A stretch of DNA of 60,702 bases, the filler included, from Sluysia triapertura (lineage: Eukaryota), in NCBI GenBank assembly GCA_046118255.1. It is 4 parts of 4 records of this genome, joined end to end, with 100 filler letters (N's around TTAATTAATTAA, not from the genome) between each part and the next. Parts side by side here need not be neighbours in the genome. Positions count along the whole stretch, not along the records: positions 1 to 11,339 come from JBJNIA010185857.1; positions 11,440 to 27,647 come from JBJNIA010208591.1; 2 more parts are not named here. The stretch is one strand, 5' to 3'. Under the pieces are notes generated by a model. It did no database searches. It was not told the origin of the DNA and was given only the letters and a program-made list of their open reading frames with translations. Both the position numbers and the translations under genes were made by a program. This document shows positions 1 to 13,261 of this stretch, piece after piece; positions within the stretch are counted from its first letter, which is position 1; the number at the start of each line of letters is the position of its first letter.

Positions 1-3000
1 CAGATCTATTCATTTCTATTCTGTTTAATGATATTTATTATAACTCTAATATTTAATGATGATTTTTATTAAAATTATTTTATTTATTTAATATTTGAAT
101 TATTATTAAATCAATAATTAATAAATTAGTATATTTTTAAATAATAATATTTTTGTTTTAAATTGTAAAATGTTGTGGAATAATTTGATTGGTCAAAAAG
201 ACCTATTTATAGATTGAAATTTTGATTTAACAAGACAAGAATAGAGTAAAGTTATAATATTTTATTTAAAAAAATTGTTAGAACAAAATATTGTTAATTG
301 CATGAAAAAGGATTCAATTTTTGGCTAATTATTATTGGAAATAGAATTTAATTAAGTTTAGAATTCAATTTGAAAAAAGAAAAGTTTTCGAATTTGGAAA
401 GAATTAATAATCGTTAGTTTGCTATTTTAATGACAACTTTAATCACTTTTTAAATTTAACTTTAATTAAATAAAAGATTTTGTATCATTTTTATACTACA
501 GAAATTCAATTTTTAAAATTATAATAATAAATATTAATTGAAAAATACAATTAATATCACAAATCTTGATAATTGTTTATTTTAAAATACAAATTTCATA
601 ACTTAATAATCGAATTATAATTTATAAATATTAACATATATAATAATATTTAAATTCATTATCTTAAATCTGTTCAAAAATGTTGTTGGATATAACATAG
701 TATTGGCGTCCCTTTAATATTATTTTGTTTTATTATAATCAACTACACTATCAATTTATTGTATTAGATCCTTTAATAGCTTTTGATTTTATTGTGGACA
801 ATTATACTATCATTAATTTACTGTGTAACATTGCTTGATTAAGTGTTTAATTTGTGATTAATAAAGTTACTAAGTTATTTGTTATAATATTAATTATTGT
901 AAGAAGTTATACAAAATTAATTGTATGAATTACCTATAGCATTAATCCCTTTTCTATGAACTAGCCCTTTAGTGAGTAAGTCCAGTATCATAGAGGACTC
1001 ACTTTAAAATATACAAAAAGATCAACAATAAATACCAAATAAAAGAAAATAACATAATATTAGCATAACATAATGTAGTTGGCATAAAAGTCTTCAAGTA
1101 TAATAACTAGTAGATTTAAATCAGATTTAAATTAAATTTAAATTAGATTTAACCTATTAAAACTAAAGAGAGAGATTGTATCACACATTTTAACCTTAAC
1201 CTATATATAACTACTGCAAATTATCATGTCAAACATAACTTTGGTTAAACATATCACTGACGAGTCTCACTCGTCAAATGTACCCAAAGAGTTAAGAAAA
1301 AACTGTTACATGTATCATTTAATATGGAACAGAGATAGTATTTATTTTTGTCCTTTTTCATTCATTGATTAATACTAAATTTAGAAAATAATCATATGAA
1401 TGTTAATATTACATTGATTTATTTATTAATTTTAGTCTGTTTCACAATTACTTATATTTATAACTACTTTAGTTTTGCATACATACCCATACATACATAC
1501 AAATAGTTTCTATAAATAAAAATTATTGATATTAGATATTTATAGTGCTTAAAAATAATTTTAGTTTTGGATACAAATAGTTTCTATAAATAAAAGTATT
1601 TCTATAAATAAATAATATTTAATTTTATACTTTTGAAAAAATTAAATTTTAAAGAAATTAATATAAATAATTTTATTTAATAAATTTTGTTTTAATAACG
1701 AATATAAATTTTATTTTAAATAAATACTATAAATTTTGAATTTTGTAAGGCCATATAGAAACCTATAAATAGGTATCATTGTTATCACTACTCTCACAAC
1801 TACAAATAAGACAAAAATTTTTAGTGAACAGTTTTTAATTCTATTGATATTGACAATTTTTCGTGGATATCTTTATCAACAGCTTATTGGATTTCTATCG
1901 ATAACGTTCATTAATCGATAACCTTTAGTATCATTAGTTTCTTTTTGTTAGTTTTTGAGCAAGTATATAAAAGACTTGCTAAGTAAAATCTACTTAAACT
2001 ATTTTTATAACATATTTGCTATCTTTTAAAGTGATAGCTGAAGTAAAATTTAAATTTCTAATTTGTACACTGTAGCAGATTTTCTAAGATAAAGAAAATC
2101 CTATTATATATTAAATGTAATCATTATATATTTTTACGTATTTGTTTTCATTTTTTAATTTTTGTTTGTACTAACCTATTATATTATTTAATTAATAAAT
2201 TTTTGTTCAGTTAATTGTATTATAATTGTTAATAGTTTAAAAATTTGTTGGAATTTTACGGTTATGTTTAGTTAAGGAACCGAAGTAAATCACTCATTTC
2301 ATTGATTCCATTTAATAAAGAATCAAAATAAACTTTTAATAGATTATTACCGGTTCTATTTAGTACAGAACCCAAGTAAAATAATTATAACAAAATCAAT
2401 TTTAAAATCAATTCATTCCCTAAAGATTCTGGTTCTGTTCAATCAAGGAACCAAAGTAAAAGTGCACTTGATTTAAAATTTCAGTTAAGAAAACAGACTA
2501 AACTCAACCTAAGCCGCAGGTTTAAATATTGATTATTAGAAAGAACATATAAGTAATTAAGAGCTGATATAAAAGTAAGATAATATATTAAGTAAACCTC
2601 CAGTAGTTATTAATTATTCTTCTAAGAAATCCAACTGCTAGCCCTAACTAGTAAGACTAGACACGTTGGTGAACTCACTTTAATATTTTTATTCGTGAGC
2701 AACTAGTTAAGTTTTATTCACAAAAACCAATTCGTCATATGCATTGATAGTTTTGTCACCGTTGTTCTATAAAATATAGATCTAATAAAAATATTAACTT
2801 TAAAAAGTTTAAATATTAAATTAACACCTAATTGTTAACGAACAAATTTTTTAATAAAATATGAAAATAAATTATTTATTAATAAAATATAAAAGATTAA
2901 TATTTCGAAATATATCATTTCCATTTTTATGTAGACAAAATTTTAATGGATTGTTATCTGTTTTTAAATTTAAGTGAATAAATTGATTGTGAATTGCTAA

Positions 3001-3159
3001 TATACTTTATTTTATCAGATGTAATATTTTTTGATTATTTACACTAAGACAAAGTCTATACTTTAAATAAACAATAATTAAATTTGGTTTTTATAGCGGT
3101 ATTATTTAGATTTTACTTTTTTAAATTAACAGTTCATTTAATATACTCGCAGAAGATAA

Positions 3160-3510
3160 AATTAAATTCATTTGTCCATCTAGAGATTCGATGAAAAAAA
3201 ATTGTTCAAATTTCGATAATTAAATAAAAGTCAAATTTTTGAGAATGTTCAAACCACTTTCTTCACTATTTCAACCGGAGTATGATATATGAGCTTGAAG
3301 TACACTATTTTAACGTAATTATTTTCAACATATTCTCCGATTTTGAGAATCTGAATGTATTGTCTGGATTCAACGATATCAATCAACAAGTTTTTTTGTT
3401 AAGCCATAATATTTTTACGATTGAATTCTTTGCCTTTTCTGAAGTTTGATTCATTATCGAGTAGAAAAACCTTGCCAGAATAAGATCAGTGAAGGCCACT
3501 TATAGTCTAT
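3160..3510 (-). mobile_element. Degraded IS630-Tc1-mariner transposase relic
   Basis: KVFLLDNESNFRKGKEFNRKN resembles the LFxDE.F...G..NR.N first-Asp motif; a later LNNFF..RW-like remnant is present; many stops. Confidence 0.35.
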
Positions 3511-3788
3511 TTGAATAGGATGTCATTGTGGCATTTTTGAATTATTGTGTAAGGTTGTGATGACAACCTAACACATATAAACACATTGTAAATTTTTTTC
3601 GAACTCATTCATATTTCTACCTAAAATCATACTTATATATTAGCATCTTTAGTTTCATTTTTTACGTTTTTTAAACTAGTGCTAGGTTGTCTTCACAACC
3701 ATATTAAGATAATAAAAAATAACTTACCTACTAATTCTTCAATAAAATAACTTATTTTCCAAAAAAGCATCCAAAAATAGAATAGAGG

Positions 3789-3847
3789 CTTCTAGAATGT
3801 TATAGAACATTCCATCGATTTCTATTGGCTGATGACTACTATATAAA
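3789..3847 (+). promoter_or_regulatory. Heat-shock-element array, inverted CCAAT and TATA box (possibly within a solo LTR)
   Basis: TTCtaGAAtgTTAtaGAAcaTTC (five alternating nGAAn units, one mismatch) at 3790-3812, ATTGG at 3824, TATATAAA at 3840. Confidence 0.4.
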
Positions 3848-6800
3848 CTAGAATTAGTTCAATTTTCATCACAAGTTATTAAACACAATTTTTACCAAAC
3901 AAGTTATTATTAACAAGCTTTGTTTTTCACTATTTACGATTTAACCAGTTCACCTGGTATTTGGAGATTTTCAACAGTCACCATTGTATATTTGGATAGT
4001 ACCACTTTCTTCCATGAGTGCGGTAATTTATTTTTTGTATGAAATTTTTATCTTCCAAGAGGAGTTAAAAATTTTAAAATCATTACTTTTTTGCCCCGAT
4101 CTAATGAGGATAATTTTCAATAAAAAAGTTTGACAATATAATTAAAGATTCAGTTGAATTTTAATTGTTAAAATTCCGTCGTTGCCTTTTTATTTCGTAA
4201 CTTCTGTTGTATTTAATAAAAAAATTAGTGCCTTTATTTTGATTTGATTATTTAGATATATTTAACGTAAAATTGTTAAGACCCTCATAAAAATAGTTAA
4301 GATAGGAACGAGCTAAACGGGTTTTTTTAAAGTAAATATAGCAAAATTCCTAACTTATTAGTTGCAGAAACGCCAACTCCAAGTTGTAAGATGTTTGCTG
4401 TAACCGGACCGTGCTCAATTTTATTTTACCAGAGGATTAGTTTTAAGAAAAACTACACCACTAGTATCTAAAAATTTTAGATGCAGATTTGCATTACTAA
4501 AATACTAGCATTTAATCAGTCAAGAATTCATGTTAACATATTTGTAGTTGTTTGAATTAAATACGCACCATCATTAAGTTACTTATTTTAAAATTATTTT
4601 TAAGATAATAAACAATTATGTTTAGTTATTTTATTTTATTCTTACTTTATTACTTTTAAATTTTAATGTTTAACGATTATTTAGTTTTTGCAATGGTGTC
4701 TCTCTTCTTAACATTTACTTTATTTAGGTATTGAGGTTAAAGATGGGAATTCAAATTTTACTACTTGATTTAATACGATTACTATATAATCGAGTTTACA
4801 ATTTAAAAAAAATTTAATTTACTAAATCGTGTTAAAAAATTTCTTAGAAGTTAAGAATTAATTCAAGCACTATTTTACTGTCTTTATTGAAATAGAAGTT
4901 ACAAAAATTAACTAACGATAAACTAAATAAATTGGAATAGTTTAGATTAATAAGCCAAATGCAAATTCCAACAACAAAATAACTATTCAAAAATTTGAAT
5001 GAAAATAATGGTTGTTTAACGATATTTAAAAACAATTAATTTTTTAACTGTGTTTTTTTTACTTCTCTATTGTTGTATTAGTAATATACTAATTTTAAGT
5101 AACCATGACTTAAAACAATAAAGCTATTTATTTTTTGTTCATAAAATTAAATTATTAGTAATATTATTATTTACTAAATATTTATTTATATAATTTATCA
5201 GATTTATCTATTAATAATAATAATAATAATAATAAAATAGTAATATTTAATAATTATGCCATAATACTATACCATTCTAACAAGTTCATAATGAGGAACT
5301 TCGGTTCATTTAAGTCTTTGTGATGCGGTTATTTAAGTCACACTTATACAATAATAGCACTTAATAATCGTTTCCAGTGCAAAGCTCCACATTTAACCAA
5401 ATCATAATATATTGTGCTTTCATAACCAGATTTTAATGCTTTTATATTCGGTCAAATGACCTTGATTTTAATAGCAATTTTAAACAAATAAAAATAATAA
5501 CAAAATAATTAAGATGACTGTGAGTAAATTATTATTTTAAAAACAAATAAATTATTAAAAACAAATAAATTATTATTGATTTTTTCTAAAAATAGTTCTA
5601 ATATTATTAATAGTAAATGTACTAGTTGGATGTGTACAAAATATACAATTCGTTAATTTGATTCAAAAGTATAATTAATTTAGTGTGTATAATTTGTGTA
5701 TAACATTTGATGTATGTAGAATGATGCATGTACAGAATTTATAGGTAAAATAATGAAAAGTCGGAAAATTTATTATTTATCCGAAGTATGGATCAAAAGT
5801 CGGTATATAATTATTGTTGAAATGATTAATAATTTCCATTTTGTAGACATTCGACCAAAAATGCTTGCATCAGTAATTAAATGAAAAGATTCAGTCTGTT
5901 TGGATAAATAAATCATAAATTGTACATATTCAACAGTTTTAACCATCATAGAATTATATTTTCTTAATTTAATTCAGCCAAGTCGCAAAGTTAAAAGTTG
6001 CATTAGCATTTAATTTGTTTATTATAAAGCCTTTGACGAGACGTCATTGCAGTATGCGATATATTTAATATTGTTTGAAAATTCTTCAGAGTTTCATAAT
6101 TTATGATTGTGCCAAATAAATGGAAAACAGTCAGTTCGTTTCTTTTGTAGTATGTACTTTACGCGTATTTGTTTCTGTTTGTGGATGCATTGACAAATAT
6201 AAGCTCTTAGTTATACCCGTCAGCATTATGATATACTTCTATTTCTCCAGTTTCGATATTGTTAAAAGCAAGCAATGACCAATAATTTTAATATTGATTA
6301 TCAAAGAAGTATGTTCAGTTTTGAATTTTGAAATCAATTATATAATATTTTAATTTTAAGTGCTTAAGCACATACACCTCAACATATTCTACATTTATTA
6401 CAAAAGATTGTTATTTTTTGAAATTTCGGCATTTGTTTTAATATTAATATTATACATCAAACAATAATACCAAAATGACATTTGCTAAAACAAAAGACTT
6501 ATTGATGTAATAAAATAAATAAATATTAATTTTAAAATATTTAGTTAAAAAATTGTTCAACTTATTTTTAAAAAGATTTTTAAATTCTAAATATTTCTAC
6601 TGTAATATGTTTAATTTAAAAATCAATAAATCATAATTATATAAAGAATTTGTCTCATAAATTTATAAGTATCATAAATCAATTTATTTCAAATTTTCAT
6701 TTGCTTTTATATGTTTTTGTCTAATGATAAATTATTGTCATGCCGCACTATGCAATAGAATAAGTTATAAAATTCAATAGTTATTGCTTACTTTTTAAAT

Positions 6801-9800
6801 ATATACAATCTGCCTTTGCTGAATATTAAATTAAATATTCTTTTAATTTGACTTTTATTGCATAAATATAATAATATTTTTCATTATTAATATACACATG
6901 TTTAATTTCTTTCTAACGATATAGCTAAATAATGAAAAATGTATTTAAAACATTCAAAAATATGTTAAATAAATTAAGTAAATCATTATTCATGAAAAAA
7001 CATTTCGGATTAAATATATGAATTAATTTTAATTTTAATTTTATTTAGAGCCATTTGCCTCATTTTAAATGTCACCCATGCTTATAAACTGACAAGAAGT
7101 GTTATAAATAATGTTAAGTATATTTTATTGTAATTAATATATTAGTGATTTTGTATTACTTTTATCATGAGGTTTTATTCATAAAAATAATTTGGAATTG
7201 ACATTAATAATGTTTATCTATATAAATAAAAACTATTTCTTAAATTATAATTAGTTTATCAAAATATTGATTAATTAAAATCTATATTTTAAATATGATT
7301 ATAGTTTATAATAATTTATATATTATAATTTAAAATTCAAATTCTAAATTTTTTTAATTTAATACATTAAGAAGATAAATGTAAGTAATTTAAGAGGATA
7401 TATACATTTGCAGTTCCTTTTGTTAATGATAAATCATATAATGATAAAAATGTTAAAATATATTGTATTGTATGGAATTATTAAAGTTTATAATAAATAG
7501 AATAATAAAAAGTATGTTAAATCTCACTAACAATCAATATTAAATCATATATGTCTTGACTAAAAATTAAACTGCAAATCCTATTCAACCTTTACTATGA
7601 ACTTTATTAATTAAATTTAACTGCCTATTTTATTTTCAAATTTTAACTGTTTAACCCACATAATTTTTGGATATTTCGTTAAATTTTAGAAATTTCATTT
7701 ATGTCGAAATATCATAATATCACAATAATATTGCTGAAGATATTTCGCCAACTCTGATTATTACAGATCATTCGTAAATCTAATCGGCAATATAACTTAG
7801 TTCTCACGGTAGTAAAATCAGGTCGTTGGAAGTCACTCTTGTATGTTTAAAATTTATTCAGCTGCTCTATGAAACGAACTTCTTTCGATTATATTTATAC
7901 ATTTTCAAACTTACTCGCATTTTCAAAATTTCTACAGTATTTTCATAAAATGAACTGTTTTGTGCTCTTATTTCTTGTGCCTAACTCTATATATGACACC
8001 GAATAATATAATATGGTTTTGATTCGCATATTAAAAGTAATTTTCTAATTTTAGAGTTGAGTAGATGATAAGGAGAGTTCGCCAGGTAGGTGTTTTTATG
8101 AGATGAATGACTAAATAAATTTCACATGTATTTCCATAACACTATTAACAATGTCATTTAACAGATCTCTTATATTTTTATTAACTTTGATGTATTTTTT
8201 TAAATATTTTTTTAACCCTCGTAAATGTGAAAATTAAATCAATCGAATATTCATAATCATTATGAATTCAAATTACTGATCTTTATTTATTACCACATAA
8301 TTTATATTGACAAAAGTCATGTTAACCCTAAACTCTTTTATAAAGCATATTCTAATATTGGCGTAATTTTATTTTGTGTAATCTTTTTAAGTAGATATCC
8401 AACTTAAATGTAACGGTATCTAATGAAAAAATAAATTAAAATAAATAATAAATTAAAGTAATTATGTCAAATTAAAATTCCAAAACATTATCATCGACTA
8501 AAATCTTTTTAAATTGAAATTATATAAAAATAATATTAAATTAAAATTTAGTAGCACATAAAATAACCGCTTGAACCGAAAATTAATAAAAATTAATTAC
8601 TGTATAAAATTATTGGTAATGATTATATAAAAAATACACCTTTTATTGTATATATTTAGTGTATATTATAAGAGAATTTAATACTATTATTGTATGTATA
8701 ACATTGAATATAACTGTGTTATAAAAATGAATATTAAAAGAGAATTTAATATTATTATTGTATATTCAATCTTTATATTGTGTATAAAATTATAAAAAAG
8801 ATTAATATGAAGGATCTCTTTTGTAAATCGTAATAATCTAAAATTCATATAAAAGAACATAATAAAAGGTAGTAATTATAATTGCTTTTATCTGGTAAAA
8901 CGAAATCTGGAGAAAACTTTACTATTATCGATCTGAATCCTGTTGATAATTAACCATATCAGTGAGAACTACTCAATATACGTAAATAAAACATCTTTAT
9001 TTAGTTTATCTGGAGAAACTTTACTTTTATTGTTGTCAATCTGGTATGATTATTAATTTCCGGATCAAATAAAGTGATTTATTTTAACATTAAAAGTTTA
9101 AGAATAAACTGTTAAAGTTTTAAATTAACAAAATTATTCTAATGTTAAAATTATTATGGGTATCATCAATAATTACTCGTATTTGTATATAAATAATTAT
9201 CATATGCGAATAAATAATTGTTTTCTAGTTCATTTGTGATTTAAGGGAATGGGGAATTAAATTATCCTAAAATAAAATTAAAATAAATTAAAGTTTTCTA
9301 GAGTGAAATAAAATCTGTAAAGTGCTAGAGAGTAAAGTAAAATCTTAGGAGACTAATAAAGTATAGTTAATCAAGAAATAATAATGAGAGTAAATCAAAG
9401 TTTTGTAGAGTTTTTAGAAATAAATTATTTACAGGCACTTCTCTCTCGGACATCCGAGACGAGTATACGAATTCACAACTTTTGGATAAAGTTGAACAGA
9501 TATGATTGGCTAACATAGAACTTTAAGGTTCAAATTATAAATCGCGCGAAAATAAAGAAAAGTTTAGACTAACATTAATAAAGATATAAATTTTATAATA
9601 CAATAAATAAATTTTACACATATATAACCTAATGCGATGGACAATAATCAATCGTAAATTAAGTAGATTAAGTACCGTGTCTAGATTTCAGATTAAAATA
9701 AACAATCGATATAATAAGCATTCGAAATAATTAAAGTTTATTAGTTAATTTTCTGATTTATAAAATAGATAGAAATCTCATAAAATATTTATAAAAGACT

Positions 9801-10349
9801 CGGATATAATAAATACCTTTAACCCGAGCAGTAATGGAAACCAAATCAACATCAAATTAAATACTTGAAACCAAGTAAATACTTAAACCAAATCGATACC
9901 TTGTGGAATGTCTATTTATACTGGATTCTTTCCAAAATAATATCATTTTTCAATTTTTGTAAAACAGTAATATATAGTGTAATTACTTTTTTAATATTAT
10001 TTCATTTACACTATAGTTTGTTATTATTTGATAGTATATATGTTACTATTTTTCCCTGCTAATTTTAATTATTACTATTTCATTCACTTTATTTGTTTAT
10101 TATTATGTTATTAAATTTTATATGTAGAATGATTAATTTAAATTTTATATAAGAACTAATTTAAATTGGAAATGAAGATTAAGCTAAATTTGAAATGAAT
10201 TTTATTTTAGTTTTCTTTTATATATTTTATTTTATTTACAATATGTTAATAAAATTGGAACCATTTAAATAATATACACCAAACCAAATTAATCAAGTTA
10301 ATCGATAAATTGTTCAATATAAAATTCTGGATCGCACGCTAAATAATAA

Positions 10350-10720
10350 CATAATGCCCTATAACCAATAATAAACCTTCTTTTTCAGCTGTTTTATTCT
10401 TGTAAAATTGTACTGAAAAATTTCACTTCAGAAAAATTGCGTTGTAAAAAACTTTTCTTAGTTATTCATTGTCCAGTTTTATTAAGCCTTTTGGGGAATA
10501 AAGTTTTATCGATTTCTACGTAATTTCATTTAAGCCAGTTATGCATTTTCTGCAATATAAATTTTCTAAAGTACAACTTGTTACAATGTCTAGAATCGTT
10601 CTTCCTTATTTATAATGATTTCTATATAATCCTTTTATTCGAGTCAATGCTTTCCATGTATTTTCTTTGGTATATTTGGCTATGTTGTTTCTGTGGTGAT
10701 TTATTAAAATAATGTTCCCT
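10350..10720 (-). mobile_element. Degraded pogo/Tigger-like transposase N-terminus
   Basis: KYTKENTWKALTRIKG resembles the start of a psq/CENP-B HTH; heavily disrupted. Confidence 0.3.
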
Positions 10721-11339
10721 TGAAATAATTAATTTTAATTTAATAATTTTTTTTCCGTATATGGGTTAATTATTTTTTTTGTGCATTATTAAAAAAACGC
10801 ATTTTATTTAATTATTGCTTTATTTAATTTTGATTACTATTTTATTCTACTGAATGATTTATTTTATTTATTTATTTATATATTTTCTAAAGCTTAAAAT
10901 AAATCATTCATTTGAATATTTCTGATTATTATGCAGCTGCCTCTCTTACGTATTCAAAACAGGGTTTTCAATCCAATTAAATGGGCCATGTGCTGTAAAG
11001 GCGTGGGCAAACATGATTGAAGGCAGAGCTTAGGATGACAAACAGGAGCAATCTGAGGGAGATGGAAAACCGCTTGCTGTGACACTCCGTGCAGAAAGAA
11101 GCAGCTGAAAGAAAAAATCCTCTTGTTTTGAATGTAGGAACTAATAACTTCCAGTAGCAGCTGAGATGTTGACCTCACTGCTCTGACTGGAGCGATATGA
11201 GCGATATATCAAATCAGCAAAATATTGAGGTGAATTTCCTTGAAAAGTTTCATAAACATTAAAATCCTAAACAGTATTGCTTTTCAATGGCCAGCTGTTT
11301 TATTTGCTGTTAGGCAATGAAATGTTTACTGATTCATGG

Positions 11340-11439
11340 NNNNNNNNNNNNNNNNNNNNNNNNNNNNNNNNNNNNNNNNNNNNTTAATTAATTAANNNNN
11401 NNNNNNNNNNNNNNNNNNNNNNNNNNNNNNNNNNNNNNN
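11340..11439. other. Assembly gap with TTAATTAATTAA linker
   Basis: 44 N + ttaattaattaa + 44 N; the linker has stops in all six frames. Confidence 0.97.
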
Positions 11440-11516
11440 TTATATGGAGGAGGGGGTCGTTTAAAATTTCCTAAGCTTGAAGGGGGTCGCTATATAAAAA
11501 AGTTTAAGAAGCCCTG
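11440..11516. mobile_element. hAT (Charlie/Buster-type) element right end, truncated by a gap
   Basis: aaaaaagtttaagaagccctg is the reverse complement of CAGGGCTTCTTAAACTTTTT; two subterminal gggggtcg motifs; flanking 8-mer atataaac has a central TA. Confidence 0.65.
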
Positions 11517-12325
11517 ATATAAACAATTCAATTTTACAAAATACCATACCCACAAACAACAATAATAATTTACAAACTTTTATAACACAAGATCATATGA
11601 TTTTACAAAATTGACATTTAATCATAAAATTTATATTGAATTATAAATTAATATTTAAATAAATTAAAATTTAATATTTTCATTTCTGTTTATATAAAAT
11701 GACAATAATCATTAATATTTTTTCATTAATTATTTTATTTATAAGTATACCTTACATAAATAATGTTAAAACTTATACTTTTTGTAATATTTTAAAAATA
11801 TATAAGTGAAGTCTGAACATGAATATAAATTTTATATCTTTATTAAATTTACATAATTTGTTTTATTTTTATAATGTACAAATTAAATGGCGCAAAATCT
11901 TTGTATGAAAATGGAGTGTGATTCTAAATTTATAATATTTTTATGTAACATAAAAAATTAATTAAAATATCAATTATCTTATAAAAATGCATATTAAAGA
12001 TATAAAACTCAATATTATTTTAAATACAATACAATATATTTATAGGTACTGTATTATTTCCTTCAATTTTTCTGTAGATAATGCATTTTCATTTCATAAT
12101 ATTTTTTAAATAGTTAGCTTGCTATTATGTAATAAAAATATTATTTTAAAAACGTTGTATTAAGAACTATATATTGTTATAATATAATATCTATATTTAG
12201 TTTAAATCTTAACCAATTAAAATCGTATTATGAATGTAAATTTACTTTCGAAATTAAATTGACTTGATTTATATCTAACTCAATGTAAATCTTTTTTCAG
12301 TACCGCTGTGATTATAAATTTTAAT

Positions 12326-13261
12326 ATGACTAATGATAACAATAACGACCAAGAGTATTTGGATATATTGAAAATGCTTGAAACTGATGACACAATTCCA
12401 TTAGATAGAAATTCAAGTTATGATCCGAAATTGAAAGAAGAAAATAAAAAGGAATCGAAGTCTATCACAAAATCTTCAACTGTAACACCGTTATTAGCCA
12501 CTGTTGCACCAATTCGAAACGAAACTATTTTAAGTAGTTCTACTTCGGCTATGCCATCATTGAATGCAAGTTGTACTAAAATGGTAACTGAAATGCACAA
12601 AATTCGAACAAATAAGGCAGATGAATCTAACTTTGGTGGTCCAGCAATGTCTATTGTTCCAAATTTTGTATTGCCACCTCAGTCTATCCAATATGCTCCT
12701 CAACAATTTCTAGGTGGAACTGCACACACACCAGGAAGTATTGTATGCTTAATGGCGCCTCAGTTAGCAACGCAACCTACTCCAATTGTTGCACAACCTG
12801 ATCCAAATTCTTATCAATTTGTTTTACCTCGTGGTGTGATGTTTTCGATGCCTAGCACTTCTCCTGCTCCAACACCACCGCCTCAATCTACTACAGTGAT
12901 AAGTAATACTTTAGATTCGAATCGAGTAACTCCATCATCTATTGGAGTAGTTTCAAGTTCAAATTTACCAAAATTATTACCTAAACCTCAGCAAAATCCA
13001 AGATTACAATTTTTGCAAGCTGCTTCTGTAGCTGCTGCAAATTCTGTACATCAAATGAATATAACAAATTTAGCTGCAACAGCTAGTGGTAATATTTTTA
13101 ATCCACATCATCATCAATCACAACAAAATCAACATATAGTTTCTCATAATACAAAACGACCATCAATTCCTAGAAAATCATCGGGAAGTGTACGGCAAAA
13201 GAATACTTCTAATTCAAATAATGGAAACAATTATAAAAATAAAAATGGAAAGAATAAAGAT
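12326..13261 (+). CDS. Coding exon 1 of the large low-complexity gene (MTNDNNNDQEYLDILKML...KNKD)
   Basis: ORF 12308-13342; ATG at 12326; donor GAT|gttagc at 13262, phase 0. Confidence 0.85.

Noticed and set aside
2259-2460. CRISPR-like repeat-spacer appearance
   Set aside because: Only three divergent copies with uneven spacing, in a eukaryotic context with no cas genes
5800-6300. Possible MULE transposase remnant on the minus strand (HNH and TDAS-like words)
   Set aside because: Too degraded to support by eye
4844-10062. Short Phe/Ile/Leu/Asn-rich ORFs such as 4844-5035 and 9865-10062, and similar ones later in the window
   Set aside because: Expected by chance in very AT-rich DNA; no motifs or splice support
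11384-11395. Identical TTAATTAATTAA palindrome inside three N blocks
   Set aside because: Artificial six-frame-stop scaffolding linker, not biological
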